DNA of 64,000 bases from a virus. The position numbers and the translations under genes were made by a program. Below the pieces are notes generated by a model, which saw only the letters and a program-made list of their open reading frames with translations, did no database searches and was not told the origin of the DNA. Of this stretch, positions 1 through 8,573 are shown piece by piece; positions within the stretch are counted from its first letter, which is position 1, and every line of letters starts with the position of its first letter. Location of the stretch: positions 1 through 64,000 of IMG/VR virus record IMGVR_UViG_3300005613_000030; one strand, 5' to 3'.

Positions 1-258
1 TACATAACTATATATAAGCGAAGTGGAGATACATGCACTAAGCTAGCTGATCCAGCTACTTTGCCAGCTAGTACTAGTCATGATTGCGCTTTCAGTTCTG
101 ATGATACTTATTTAGCGGTTGCTCATAGTGGTGCCCCTTACATAACTATATATAAGCGAAGTGGAGACACATTCACTAAGTTAGCTAATCCAGCAACTTT
201 GCCAACATTCAATGGCAATGCTTGTGTATTCTCAAACACTGGTTTTCCACAATCTTAA
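1..258 (+). CDS. 3' end of beta-propeller-repeat receptor-binding/fibre protein (5'-partial; paralogue of 630-2444)
   Basis: Frame is open from base 1 (YITIYKRSGDT...). It has the same 46-aa blade repeats and the same TGFPQ end as 630-2444. Confidence 0.8.
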   Translation, partial: YITIYKRSGDTCTKLADPATLPASTSHDCAFSSDDTYLAVAHSGAPYITIYKRSGDTFTKLANPATLPTFNGNACVFSNTGFPQS

Positions 259-269
259 TAACTAAGCAA

Positions 270-298
270 CCTTAGGTGAGTTAATAACTCGCCTAAGG
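270..298. promoter_or_regulatory. Intergenic stem-loop with no U-tract on the + strand
   Basis: CCTTAGGTGAGTT-AAT-AACTCGCCTAAGG inverted repeat. Confidence 0.5.
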
Positions 299-318
299 CA
301 CAATAACAGGATTATAAT

Positions 319-579
319 ATGAAACTACCAGATACACTGACTTTAGAGCAAGTTGAACAACTAAGGAAAATGTCAACTAAAACAAAAAGCTTTGACGATA
401 TGGTTAAAAAAGAAGATAAAGAAATTGACGTCGATAAAATTGTTAAAACACAAGTAAAGATAATTGATGGTAAAGAGGTATTTGTCCCTATAGAATCTGA
501 AGAAGAAAATCAAGAGGAAACTGAGACAGCGGAAGCAAAAGAAGACAACACTGAAGAAGCTCACAAAGAACAAGAATAA
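319..579 (+). CDS. Hypothetical protein with acidic C-terminus, inside the fibre cassette
   Basis: ORF with AGGA SD; no recognised motif. Confidence 0.7.
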   Translation: MKLPDTLTLEQVEQLRKMSTKTKSFDDMVKKEDKEIDVDKIVKTQVKIIDGKEVFVPIESEEENQEETETAEAKEDNTEEAHKEQE

Positions 580-629
580 CATTTTTAACGAAAGAAAATG
601 ATAAGATAGATATATTAATAGGAGGAGCA

Positions 630-2444
630 ATGGCAACTAGAACACATATAGCTAAGGTTACAGAAGGTGTAACTGAAAAAGCGGTACAAATGGTACCTTC
701 TGATCCTGGATCACCAGTTGATAGTCAAATTTGGATTAACACATCATCAAGAGAAATCAAGTACTTTGATGGAACAGTGGTACACAATTTAATTGAAAGT
801 GATGGATTAGAAAGGGTTGATCAACCTTTAGGTGTTTCGCCAATAGATGGAGCAACTGGAATTCAATTGTCAGCTACTCTAACTGCTTCTGATTTCATAC
901 CAGCTTATGATTTGAATACTCATGCCAGCTCAACTTGGGAAGTAAGAGATGCTGCTGACAATTTAGTGTTTTCAAGTATAGACGATGCTGCTAACTTAAC
1001 TAGCATATTAGCGACTGGCTTATTAGGTAACGTCACTTACAAATGGCGAGTTCAATATAAAGACATCAAAGGTTATACGAGTGCTTTTAGCGAGTATATT
1101 GAATTCAGTACAATACCTGTTTATATTGAAACTCCATCAATCACTTATCCAACTACTAGTCCAGATCTAACTGATGTTGACTTTGGAACTGATTTCACAA
1201 CTAGTACTTTCAATGTATTTGGTGCTAGTAATAATCACATCTCTACTCGCTGGCAAATAGCTCTAAGCTCAAATCCAACTTTCGATGTACTTGTATTTGA
1301 TAGTCTAGATGACCCTACTAACTTAGAGTCAATAACTCTAGATAGTGACGACTTTGAAGTGAGCACTGAATACATACTTAGAGTAAAACATACAGATAGT
1401 AACTATGGTGACTCAGCTTGGAGTGCAGTTAGAACTTTCACAACAGCTGCACAATTTGATATAGTACCGTTATTAGCAGTTGCTCACCAAAGTGCCCCTT
1501 ATATAACTGTCTATGATCAAGACATCGATACCTTTACTAAGCTAGCTGATCCAGCTAGTTTGCCAGCTAGTACTAGCTATAGCTGTTCTTTCAGTTCTGA
1601 TAACACTTATTTAGCAGTTGCTCATTTTACTTCCCCTTATATAACCATATATAAGCGAAATGGAGATACTTTTACTAAGTTAGCTAATCCAGCTAGTTTG
1701 CCACCTAGCCATGCATACGGTTGTAATTTCAGCTCTGACGGCACTTATTTAGCAGTTGCTCATAGTGGTGCCCCTTACATAACTATATATAAGCGAAGTG
1801 GAGATACATTCACTAAGCTAGCTGATCCAGCTACTTTGCCAGGTGGTATTGGCTTTAGTTGTGAGTTTAGCTCTGACGGCACTTATTTAGCAGTTACCCA
1901 TGATAATACCCCTAATATAACTATATATAAGCGAAGTGGAGATACCTTCACTAAGTTAGCTAATCCAGCTAGTTTGCCAAGTAACGATGGCTTTGGCTGT
2001 TCTTTCAGTTCTGATAATACTTATTTAGCAGTTGCTCACCAAAGTGCCCCTTACATAACTATATATAAGCGAAGTGGAGATACCTTCACTAAGTTAGCTA
2101 ATCCAGCTACTTTGCCAGCTAATACTAGTTATGATTGCGCTTTCAGTTCTGATGATACTTATTTAGCGGTTGCTCATAGTGGTGCCCCTTACATAACTAT
2201 ATATAAGCGAAGTGGAGACACATTCACTAAGCTAGCTGATCCAGCTGCTTTGCCAGCTGACAATAGTAATAGCTGTTCTTTCAGTTATGACGGGGTTTAT
2301 TTAGCAGTTGGACATGGAAATGCTCCTTACATAACTATATATAAGCGAAGTGGAGATACCTTCACTAAGTTAGCTAATCCAGCTACTTTGCCAGCTAATA
2401 CTAGTTATGATTGCGCTTTCTCAAAAACTGGTTTTCCACAATAA
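630..2444 (+). CDS. Putative receptor-binding/tail-fibre protein: N-terminal anchor, two Fn3-like domains, 7-bladed beta-propeller
   Basis: Fn3-like motifs YKWRVQY..SAFSE and EYILRVKH..SAWS; seven 46-aa repeats at 1473-2444; strong AGGAGG SD. Confidence 0.75.
   Translation: MATRTHIAKVTEGVTEKAVQMVPSDPGSPVDSQIWINTSSREIKYFDGTVVHNLIESDGLERVDQPLGVSPIDGATGIQLSATLTASDFIPAYDLNTHASSTWEVRDAADNLVFSSIDDAANLTSILATGLLGNVTYKWRVQYKDIKGYTSAFSEYIEFSTIPVYIETPSITYPTTSPDLTDVDFGTDFTTSTFNVFGASNNHISTRWQIALSSNPTFDVLVFDSLDDPTNLESITLDSDDFEVSTEYILRVKHTDSNYGDSAWSAVRTFTTAAQFDIVPLLAVAHQSAPYITVYDQDIDTFTKLADPASLPASTSYSCSFSSDNTYLAVAHFTSPYITIYKRNGDTFTKLANPASLPPSHAYGCNFSSDGTYLAVAHSGAPYITIYKRSGDTFTKLADPATLPGGIGFSCEFSSDGTYLAVTHDNTPNITIYKRSGDTFTKLANPASLPSNDGFGCSFSSDNTYLAVAHQSAPYITIYKRSGDTFTKLANPATLPANTSYDCAFSSDDTYLAVAHSGAPYITIYKRSGDTFTKLADPAALPADNSNSCSFSYDGVYLAVGHGNAPYITIYKRSGDTFTKLANPATLPANTSYDCAFSKTGFPQ
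1143..1447 (+). repeat. 305-bp direct repeat, copy 1 (second Fn3-like domain); copy 2 at 3048-3352
   Basis: High nucleotide identity from acttatccaactactagtccagat to agaactttcacaacagc. Confidence 0.9.
1473..2438 (+). repeat. Seven tandem 138-nt coding repeats (propeller blades)
   Basis: Units start at 1473, 1611, 1749, 1887, 2025, 2163 and 2301 (ttagc[a/g]gtt...). Confidence 0.95.
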
Positions 2445-2461
2445 GATACAATTAATAGTTC

Positions 2462-2488
2462 TGGTAGTCTCTATTTAAAAGACTACCA
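2462..2488. promoter_or_regulatory. Intergenic stem-loop
   Basis: TGGTAGTCT-N9-AGACTACCA. Confidence 0.5.
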
Positions 2489-2537
2489 ACTAAAGAAACA
2501 ACAAAACACGCTAATAAGCACAATATAGGAGATTAAC

Positions 2538-4007
2538 ATGGCTAAGACGCATATAGCAAAAGTTACGGAAGGTGTAACTGAAAGAGCAGTGCAAATGGTA
2601 TCAGCTGATCCAGGGTCACCAATAACTAATCAACTTTGGGTTGATACAGCTAATAATATAGTTAAATATTTTGACGGTTCTGTTGTACAAGTATTAAGCC
2701 AAAGTGGTCAATTAGATAGAATTGAAGCACCAGTTGGGGTTTTCCCAACTGAAGGGTCAACTGAAGGTGGAACATCCATTGGTTTAATTTCTAGCACTTT
2801 TAATCCTGTATATCCATCATTTACTCATGCTAGCTCAACTTGGGAAGTAAGAGATGCTGCTGACAATTTAGTGTTTTCAAGTGTAAATGACGCAGCTAAC
2901 TTAACTAGTATCTCAGCTACTGGTTTAAGCGTAGGTGTTGCCTATAAATGGCGAGTACTATATAAAGATAGTGAAGGTTTTATAAGTGATTTTAGTCCTT
3001 ACGTTAATTTCACTACTAACACTATATACACTGAAACGCCAGTTGTTACTTATCCAACTACTAGTCCAGATCTAACTGATGTTGACTTTGGAACTGACTT
3101 CACAACTAACGCTTTTAACGTATTTGGTGCTAGTAATAATCACATCTCTACTGACTGGCAAATAGCTTTAAGCTCAGATCCAACTTTCTCTTCACCTATC
3201 TTTGAGAGCTTAGACGATGCTGTAAACTTAGAGTCAATAACTTTAGATAGTGACGACTTTGTAGTTAGCACTGAATATATACTTAGAGTAAGACATACAG
3301 ATAGTAACTACGGTGACTCAGCTTGGAGTGCAGTTAGAACTTTCACAACAGCCTCTGAATTCTTACCACCAGCAGAAGCTTTTTGGGATTTTACAGACGG
3401 TAATCTTTTAAATGATAGTTCAGCAAATAATTATATATTGACTAATAATAATCTTGTAACTACTGGAGCCGTAGGAGCAGTATTTAATGGATCAGGTGCT
3501 CTTGCAAGTGGACAACCTTACTTATCTGAAAATGCTGAATCTATTTTGAACAGCATCCCAATTGGATTTGCAGTGGAAGCGTATTTTAAAATTAATAGTG
3601 CACCTTCAGTTGAATTTAACTTAGTGCGACAAGACAATGATGCCTCTAATTCGTTTACTTTTTGGATTAGAAGTGGTTTAGATATTCGAACTCGATATAA
3701 ATACAACGGAACTGTTGAATCTTCAACAGGTACTTCTCAGCTATCTACAGGCGTGTGGTATCATGTGATTTATAGTTGGTTTGCTACTACAGGTCTTCAA
3801 ATATATTTAGATAATTCTCTAGAGATCAATGAGCCCACTAAAACTATTGTGATGGGAGGTGGCGGTAGCACGACGGAACCGTTTACTATTGGAGCTGGCT
3901 ATGGTGGTGCCTATGGTATGAATGGGGAGATAAAATATGTACGTGTGTATAAAACAGAATTATCTGCAGCTGATAGAACAGCGCTATATGACAACAGAAC
4001 GTATTAA
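2538..4007 (+). CDS. Putative receptor-binding/fibre protein: same stalk as 630-2444 with a C-terminal LamG/ConA-like lectin domain
   Basis: Shared THIAKVTEGVTE N-terminus and Fn3 stalk; LamG-like motifs GVWYHV, LQIYLDN, FTIGAG, MNGEIKYVRVYKTELS. Confidence 0.8.
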   Translation: MAKTHIAKVTEGVTERAVQMVSADPGSPITNQLWVDTANNIVKYFDGSVVQVLSQSGQLDRIEAPVGVFPTEGSTEGGTSIGLISSTFNPVYPSFTHASSTWEVRDAADNLVFSSVNDAANLTSISATGLSVGVAYKWRVLYKDSEGFISDFSPYVNFTTNTIYTETPVVTYPTTSPDLTDVDFGTDFTTNAFNVFGASNNHISTDWQIALSSDPTFSSPIFESLDDAVNLESITLDSDDFVVSTEYILRVRHTDSNYGDSAWSAVRTFTTASEFLPPAEAFWDFTDGNLLNDSSANNYILTNNNLVTTGAVGAVFNGSGALASGQPYLSENAESILNSIPIGFAVEAYFKINSAPSVEFNLVRQDNDASNSFTFWIRSGLDIRTRYKYNGTVESSTGTSQLSTGVWYHVIYSWFATTGLQIYLDNSLEINEPTKTIVMGGGGSTTEPFTIGAGYGGAYGMNGEIKYVRVYKTELSAADRTALYDNRTY

Positions 4008-4073
4008 TAAATAGAGTAAATAAATAAGATTAATAAGTAAATGGCGAAAGCCTTAAAAATAAAGGAGAAAATT

Positions 4074-4565
4074 ATGATTTATGCAATAGTAAAAGACGGT
4101 CAACCAATCAAATTAGCAAGCCTAAGAAATAAAGTAGATGGAAAAGTTGGTTTTCATAAGATGACCGATGAGCAGCGTAAAGCTTTTGGTTGGTATCCAA
4201 CTAATATAATCTACGACGACTATAACCCTATGGTTCATCGACAGGTAGTTAATATGGTTTTAGATGAAGACCTTGAAGTAGTGAATGTTCACTATAGATC
4301 ATATGGTCTATCTCAATCTCAAATTAGAGAAAATAAGCTTCAAGCCGGTTTTGCCTTTGAATTTGATTCTAAAGAGTATCAGGTAAATTGCTCAGGCTCT
4401 GCTTTGTCAACATTGACAATTCATAAGCATCGAGTTATTGATGGAACAATTAATGTTAAATTAGATGGTCAATTTATTGAATTAAGTGAATCTCAATACA
4501 ACGATCTTCTGGCGCAGATAGCAGAATATGTTCAACAATGCTTTGATGAAGAACTCGCTGGATAA
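4074..4565 (+). CDS. Putative tail-fibre assembly/chaperone-like protein
   Basis: Follows the fibre genes; 'EQRKAFGWYP' and 'YVQQCFDEE' resemble fibre-associated proteins; AAGGAG SD before ATG 4074. Confidence 0.5.
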   Translation: MIYAIVKDGQPIKLASLRNKVDGKVGFHKMTDEQRKAFGWYPTNIIYDDYNPMVHRQVVNMVLDEDLEVVNVHYRSYGLSQSQIRENKLQAGFAFEFDSKEYQVNCSGSALSTLTIHKHRVIDGTINVKLDGQFIELSESQYNDLLAQIAEYVQQCFDEELAG

Positions 4566-4599
4566 TTACTACAGAATTAAATTAATATGATTACTAAAT

Positions 4600-4628
4600 A
4601 ATGGGAGTGCAAAAGTACTCCCATTTTA
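4600..4628 (+). terminator. Rho-independent terminator (possibly bidirectional)
   Basis: AATGGGAGTGC-AAAA-GTACTCCCATT followed by T residues. Confidence 0.7.
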
Positions 4629-4640
4629 GTAAGGTGCACT

Positions 4641-5435
4641 ATGACTAAATATTGGATTAACTATTCGCATGGAATGGAGTTGTCTCCAATTTCTACTGAA
4701 TATCAAGAACGCAGTGGCAATGAAAATGGTATTTTATTTTACCTTGTATACCTTGCAGTTCTCGATACACATGATATCTTAATGCCAGAAGATATTGAAG
4801 TATTTAAAAAGATCTGTATAGAATTACAAACTCACAACGATAATACACAAATAAAAGGTCTTTATGATCGTGGAGCACATGAATCTCACAATGATCATCC
4901 ATATTATAAATTACCAGAGAAACGTAGAAAGATTAGTCATGATAATATAACTGCTATATCTATTGGTAGTCGATATTTTAATTTACCATTTGCAAAACAT
5001 ATTGCACAATATGCTATAAACAATCAGTTTAAATTTGATAATAGATATCCTAACAATCAGCGCTTCATATTTAAGAATTCACAAGATAAATTAGACACGT
5101 CATTACAGCCTCATCCTAGAGATTGGTTTTTATGGCTTTTTAATGGTGGTGGATTTTATAGAGTACTAAGTTACATATTTTTCCCTGTATTCTTAATTGC
5201 TAATATTATGACATGCTATACACCTAAAGAAGAAACGTCAGGAAAACAACTCATGTTTGCTAGATTGGCTTTCGGTAGTAAAATATCATGGTTAATGAGG
5301 TTCAATTATTGGATATGTAAAAAAATATTAAGAAAAGCATATGGTAAGTATTTTATGTATGAGATTTTTAAAATTTATTATAAGAATGAAAATCATCCTA
5401 TTCGCACACTATCTAAAGGTTTGCTAATTAAATAA
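4641..5435 (+). CDS. Hypothetical protein
   Basis: 264-aa ORF with AAGGT SD; one hydrophobic segment near the C-terminus. Confidence 0.7.
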   Translation: MTKYWINYSHGMELSPISTEYQERSGNENGILFYLVYLAVLDTHDILMPEDIEVFKKICIELQTHNDNTQIKGLYDRGAHESHNDHPYYKLPEKRRKISHDNITAISIGSRYFNLPFAKHIAQYAINNQFKFDNRYPNNQRFIFKNSQDKLDTSLQPHPRDWFLWLFNGGGFYRVLSYIFFPVFLIANIMTCYTPKEETSGKQLMFARLAFGSKISWLMRFNYWICKKILRKAYGKYFMYEIFKIYYKNENHPIRTLSKGLLIK

Positions 5436-5473
5436 TTTCCCTATATTAGCAAGATTGCTAATCTAAGTAAATT

Positions 5474-5842
5474 TTATATTCCAAAAATTTCATCCATTAA
5501 CAGGTCACCGACATCAAATGCTTCTTGTTTTCCATCAGGAAAAGATATGACTACACTTTGAACTCTAACTGATTTCCAATCAACGTCATCTTCTTGTGTA
5601 TTCCAGATTGCATTGCAACTAATTCCTGGTGTAATATGTCTTAAGCGAGAATATAATAATCTATATTCTTTCTTAAAGCGGTGCTTCAGATCATTGGCAT
5701 CTGTAGCTTCAGCATAATGCTTATCCATATTGCGGAAAAATTGTTTTGCTTCTTGAGAATAATCGAAATCTCGAGAAGTACGATCTTTGATCGATTTAAT
5801 CTTATTGGCTTTTTTATTTATCATGTCCCATATATCTGTCAT
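5474..5842 (-). CDS. Hypothetical protein (probably leaderless; start 5842)
   Basis: Minus-strand GTATAAT (5849-5855) lies 6 nt before ATG 5842. Confidence 0.7.
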   Translation of the reverse strand: MTDIWDMINKKANKIKSIKDRTSRDFDYSQEAKQFFRNMDKHYAEATDANDLKHRFKKEYRLLYSRLRHITPGISCNAIWNTQEDDVDWKSVRVQSVVISFPDGKQEAFDVGDLLMDEIFGI

Positions 5843-5858
5843 AATATGATTATACAAA

Positions 5859-6737
5859 TTATTTATTTTCTATGTAGACGGGTTTGATTCTTTGAAGGAA
5901 GTATTTGGTGAATTCTTTTTGGCCAAGTCTCTGTAATTCGTCGTTCCAATCTGAGGCAGTGTCCGTGAGACAAAAATGAGTAAGACAATCAAACTCTGTA
6001 TATTTCTTTAATGCTTTTAATCCTGCTTCGTCTCTATCAGTTGCACAAATAATTTTATAACCATTGTCTTTTAATTCTTTAAGAACTTCGCGTTGATGAA
6101 GACTAGCACCAGAGCCGCTAGCAGCAATTGCCTTAAAGGGATTTTGAACTGCACTACCATATACGGCATTCAATGATTGTTGAATACTAGCTGCATTAAA
6201 AGCGCCTTCGCATACTACGATTGATTTCACATTAGGCATGATATTTTCTTGATTGTAATTCCAAAATAAAAGCCCACTGCGAGTGCCGGGAATCGTACTT
6301 ATTTTTGTAGTATCTCCATCTTTATTGACCCACGGCTTTAATAACCTAATCTGAGCACCAACGAATACACTTCCAAAATACAATGGAAACACTATGCCTT
6401 CATATTCCATATCATAATAAAAATCACCTTGACCCGTTAACCCTCTTGACTTTAGATATTGTAAAGCCTTTTTAGCGCGTGGATCACTCAGTGGAATAAA
6501 CTTATCTGGCCATTCCATTTTCTGTACTTCATTAGGTGTTGCTTCTTGAAAATCAAAATCACCGTTCAAAAATTCGCTTAGACTGATACCCGCTTGATAG
6601 CAATAATTATAAATTGAATAACCACGCTGACAACGCCCATTGCACCAAACCCAGATAGCACCACTATCTGGGTCAATATGCCAATGTAGCGTTGAATTTT
6701 TTCTTTGACATATAAGGCATTTTTTAGTATCAATCAT
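5859..6737 (-). CDS. DNA primase (N-terminal zinc finger plus Toprim)
   Basis: CLIC...CNGRC; YLKSRGL; VVCEGAFNA; TDRDEAG; DWND; adjacent to the helicase. Confidence 0.85.
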   Translation of the reverse strand: MIDTKKCLICQRKNSTLHWHIDPDSGAIWVWCNGRCQRGYSIYNYCYQAGISLSEFLNGDFDFQEATPNEVQKMEWPDKFIPLSDPRAKKALQYLKSRGLTGQGDFYYDMEYEGIVFPLYFGSVFVGAQIRLLKPWVNKDGDTTKISTIPGTRSGLLFWNYNQENIMPNVKSIVVCEGAFNAASIQQSLNAVYGSAVQNPFKAIAASGSGASLHQREVLKELKDNGYKIICATDRDEAGLKALKKYTEFDCLTHFCLTDTASDWNDELQRLGQKEFTKYFLQRIKPVYIENK

Positions 6738-7756
6738 TACTCCTCCTCTTTTGAAGGTGTAACGGGCTTAACTTCTACTTGTTCTGCTAACTTATCAATT
6801 TGTCCTTGTTTGACCTTACTTTTAAATTTATCATCATATGGAACAAACTTACCTTCTTCAAATCCACATTCTAATTTATAACCCTGTAAACCAAAGCGAT
6901 CTTTTTTGATAATGAAATCAGTTTTCTTCATTTCAAAATGTGGCACAATCTCTATAACAACTGTTGCTGCTTCAATTATAGCTGGACATTCCTTTATACG
7001 GCTATCTAGTTCCACGTTATTTCGTTTACCCATAGAATGTAATTGAGCAAACAATACGATCGGAATATTAGATGCTTTTATATATCGCTGCATATAAATA
7101 CGCAACTGATTCAATGCGTCGTATCTGGCCATATCTGGTCGTTTAGTACTGTTTATTATTAATTGATAATAATCTATCAAACAACACGCATAATCTTCCT
7201 TCTGGACAGCTTTAAGCGCATTAATAACGCCCTCTAATCTTGTGGTTAATCCATCTTTATAATTAACATCAAACACATGGATATATTTAGAGATATCTGG
7301 TAAAATACGAGCACACTGCTGCTGTTTAGCTTGAACCATTCGTCCTTTTTTATATTCATTAAAACTATAACCATAGTGTAAACAAGCAATACGAAATAAT
7401 ACATCAGATCTCGATTCTTCATTCGCAATAACTAAAACTTTTTTACCTTCTTGCCATAATGGATATGAAATATTTGCTGCGATGGTTGATTTACCGTTAC
7501 CTGTATATGCACACATAAGATACAGGTTCTCTCTCGTGAACGGTATCACCTTCGACATCGCAGGATTTATAAAGGTTATCTTCTCTTTAAGCATTCGGTT
7601 ATATTGCTTAATATCATCGAATACGCCCTTAAGAGATTCTTTACTATTTAATTCATCAATATCACCTAATGACACAGATATATCAATCTCTTCTTCTAGT
7701 GGTTTACCACCTTTAGTGAGGATAGCATCTCGCAGTTCTTTATCTAGTTCAGCCAT
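6737..7756 (-). CDS. dnaB: DnaB-like (SF4) replicative helicase
   Basis: Walker A AYTGNGKST; IANEES; IDYYQL; FAQL; IKKDRFG; GGAGGA SD before ATG 7756. Confidence 0.85.
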   Translation of the reverse strand: MAELDKELRDAILTKGGKPLEEEIDISVSLGDIDELNSKESLKGVFDDIKQYNRMLKEKITFINPAMSKVIPFTRENLYLMCAYTGNGKSTIAANISYPLWQEGKKVLVIANEESRSDVLFRIACLHYGYSFNEYKKGRMVQAKQQQCARILPDISKYIHVFDVNYKDGLTTRLEGVINALKAVQKEDYACCLIDYYQLIINSTKRPDMARYDALNQLRIYMQRYIKASNIPIVLFAQLHSMGKRNNVELDSRIKECPAIIEAATVVIEIVPHFEMKKTDFIIKKDRFGLQGYKLECGFEEGKFVPYDDKFKSKVKQGQIDKLAEQVEVKPVTPSKEEE

Positions 7757-7757
7757 C

Positions 7758-8267
7758 TTATATATCCTCCCCAAAATCTATTACATCATCTTCATGATCA
7801 CTGTTAAATAGATCTTCATCAAACGAAATATCATGCGATATCGTATTAGGGTCAATAGTAGGAAAAGAATCTGCATAACGTCGTTGCTTTAAATATTCTT
7901 TTGTTGACATGCTACCAAACTGAGCTTCTTTATTAGTGCTAGTAACTTGTGCATCAATTGGGTAATACTCATAGAATGTCTGCATTGCAATATCTTCAAT
8001 ATTTTTATTCCATCCATCAATAAAATCTTTTTCGGTGCCTTTAGATTTAGCCTTCTTGTAAACATACTTTGCTGTTGATATTGGTGGAAGATGAGCCTTA
8101 ATGGCTTCTTTCATTAAAGTATAAGCTTCTTCAAATAATACATCTGCGGTAAACCATGCTTCAATAAGTTCATCAAAATTACCACCAACACTAGACATTT
8201 TCTTATCTTTATCACGAAGATCAGCAATCCATTTCTGTAAGATTAATTTACTTACGCTCTTAGTCAC
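7758..8267 (-). CDS. Hypothetical protein in the primase/helicase operon
   Basis: 169-aa ORF coupled to its neighbours. Confidence 0.7.
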   Translation of the reverse strand: MTKSVSKLILQKWIADLRDKDKKMSSVGGNFDELIEAWFTADVLFEEAYTLMKEAIKAHLPPISTAKYVYKKAKSKGTEKDFIDGWNKNIEDIAMQTFYEYYPIDAQVTSTNKEAQFGSMSTKEYLKQRRYADSFPTIDPNTISHDISFDEDLFNSDHEDDVIDFGEDI

Positions 8268-8481
8268 AAGAGACCTCCAAGATTGCAGGTTCTTCTTTAG
8301 TTTTAAGATTGGTAATCTTAATCTTACAAGAATTATTTTCCTTGTCTATCCAGATTAAATCAATTTTATATTCATTATTAAGATTAAAACCGTACCGTTT
8401 ACCTAGCCAATAGGTGAATTCGTCAGTTATTTGAGTGACTTTCTTTGTCATTGGTCCTCCAAAAAAACGTTTATTAATCAT
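8260..8481 (-). CDS. Small hypothetical protein (leaderless ATG 8481 or SD-led ATG 8451)
   Basis: GTATAAT-N6-ATG at 8494-8479; GGAGG SD before the in-frame ATG 8451. Confidence 0.65.
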   Translation of the reverse strand: MINKRFFGGPMTKKVTQITDEFTYWLGKRYGFNLNNEYKIDLIWIDKENNSCKIKITNLKTKEEPAILEVSCD

Positions 8482-8487
8482 ATCGAA

Positions 8488-8567
8488 ATTATACGATATT
8501 GTAAAAAATCTATGTGTGTTTGTATTATATCTTGGTTGTACTGAAATGCGTCGATGTTAAGTATAAT
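8488..8567. promoter_or_regulatory. Divergent pair of GTATAAT -10 promoters (minus 8488-8494, plus 8561-8567)
   Basis: The same motif recurs upstream of genes at 11098, 11975, 12647, 18224, 20780, 22790, 27889, 34535, 39120, 41131, 42110, 52249, 52816, 55701 and 63844, and on the minus strand at 5849 and 60865. Confidence 0.75.
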
Positions 8568-8573
8568 CATACT

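Noticed and set aside
1-2444. Complete diversity-generating retroelement
   Set aside because: There is no reverse transcriptase, Avd or non-coding template repeat in the window. Third positions of the variable codons alternate T/C, which a single adenine-mutagenised template cannot give. Kept only as a hint.
8514-8573. Upstream starts given by the ORF track (8514, 12021, 13319, 14118, 17367, 21358, 34940, 55311, 60171)
   Set aside because: Downstream starts fit the SD or promoter positions better and avoid long overlaps.
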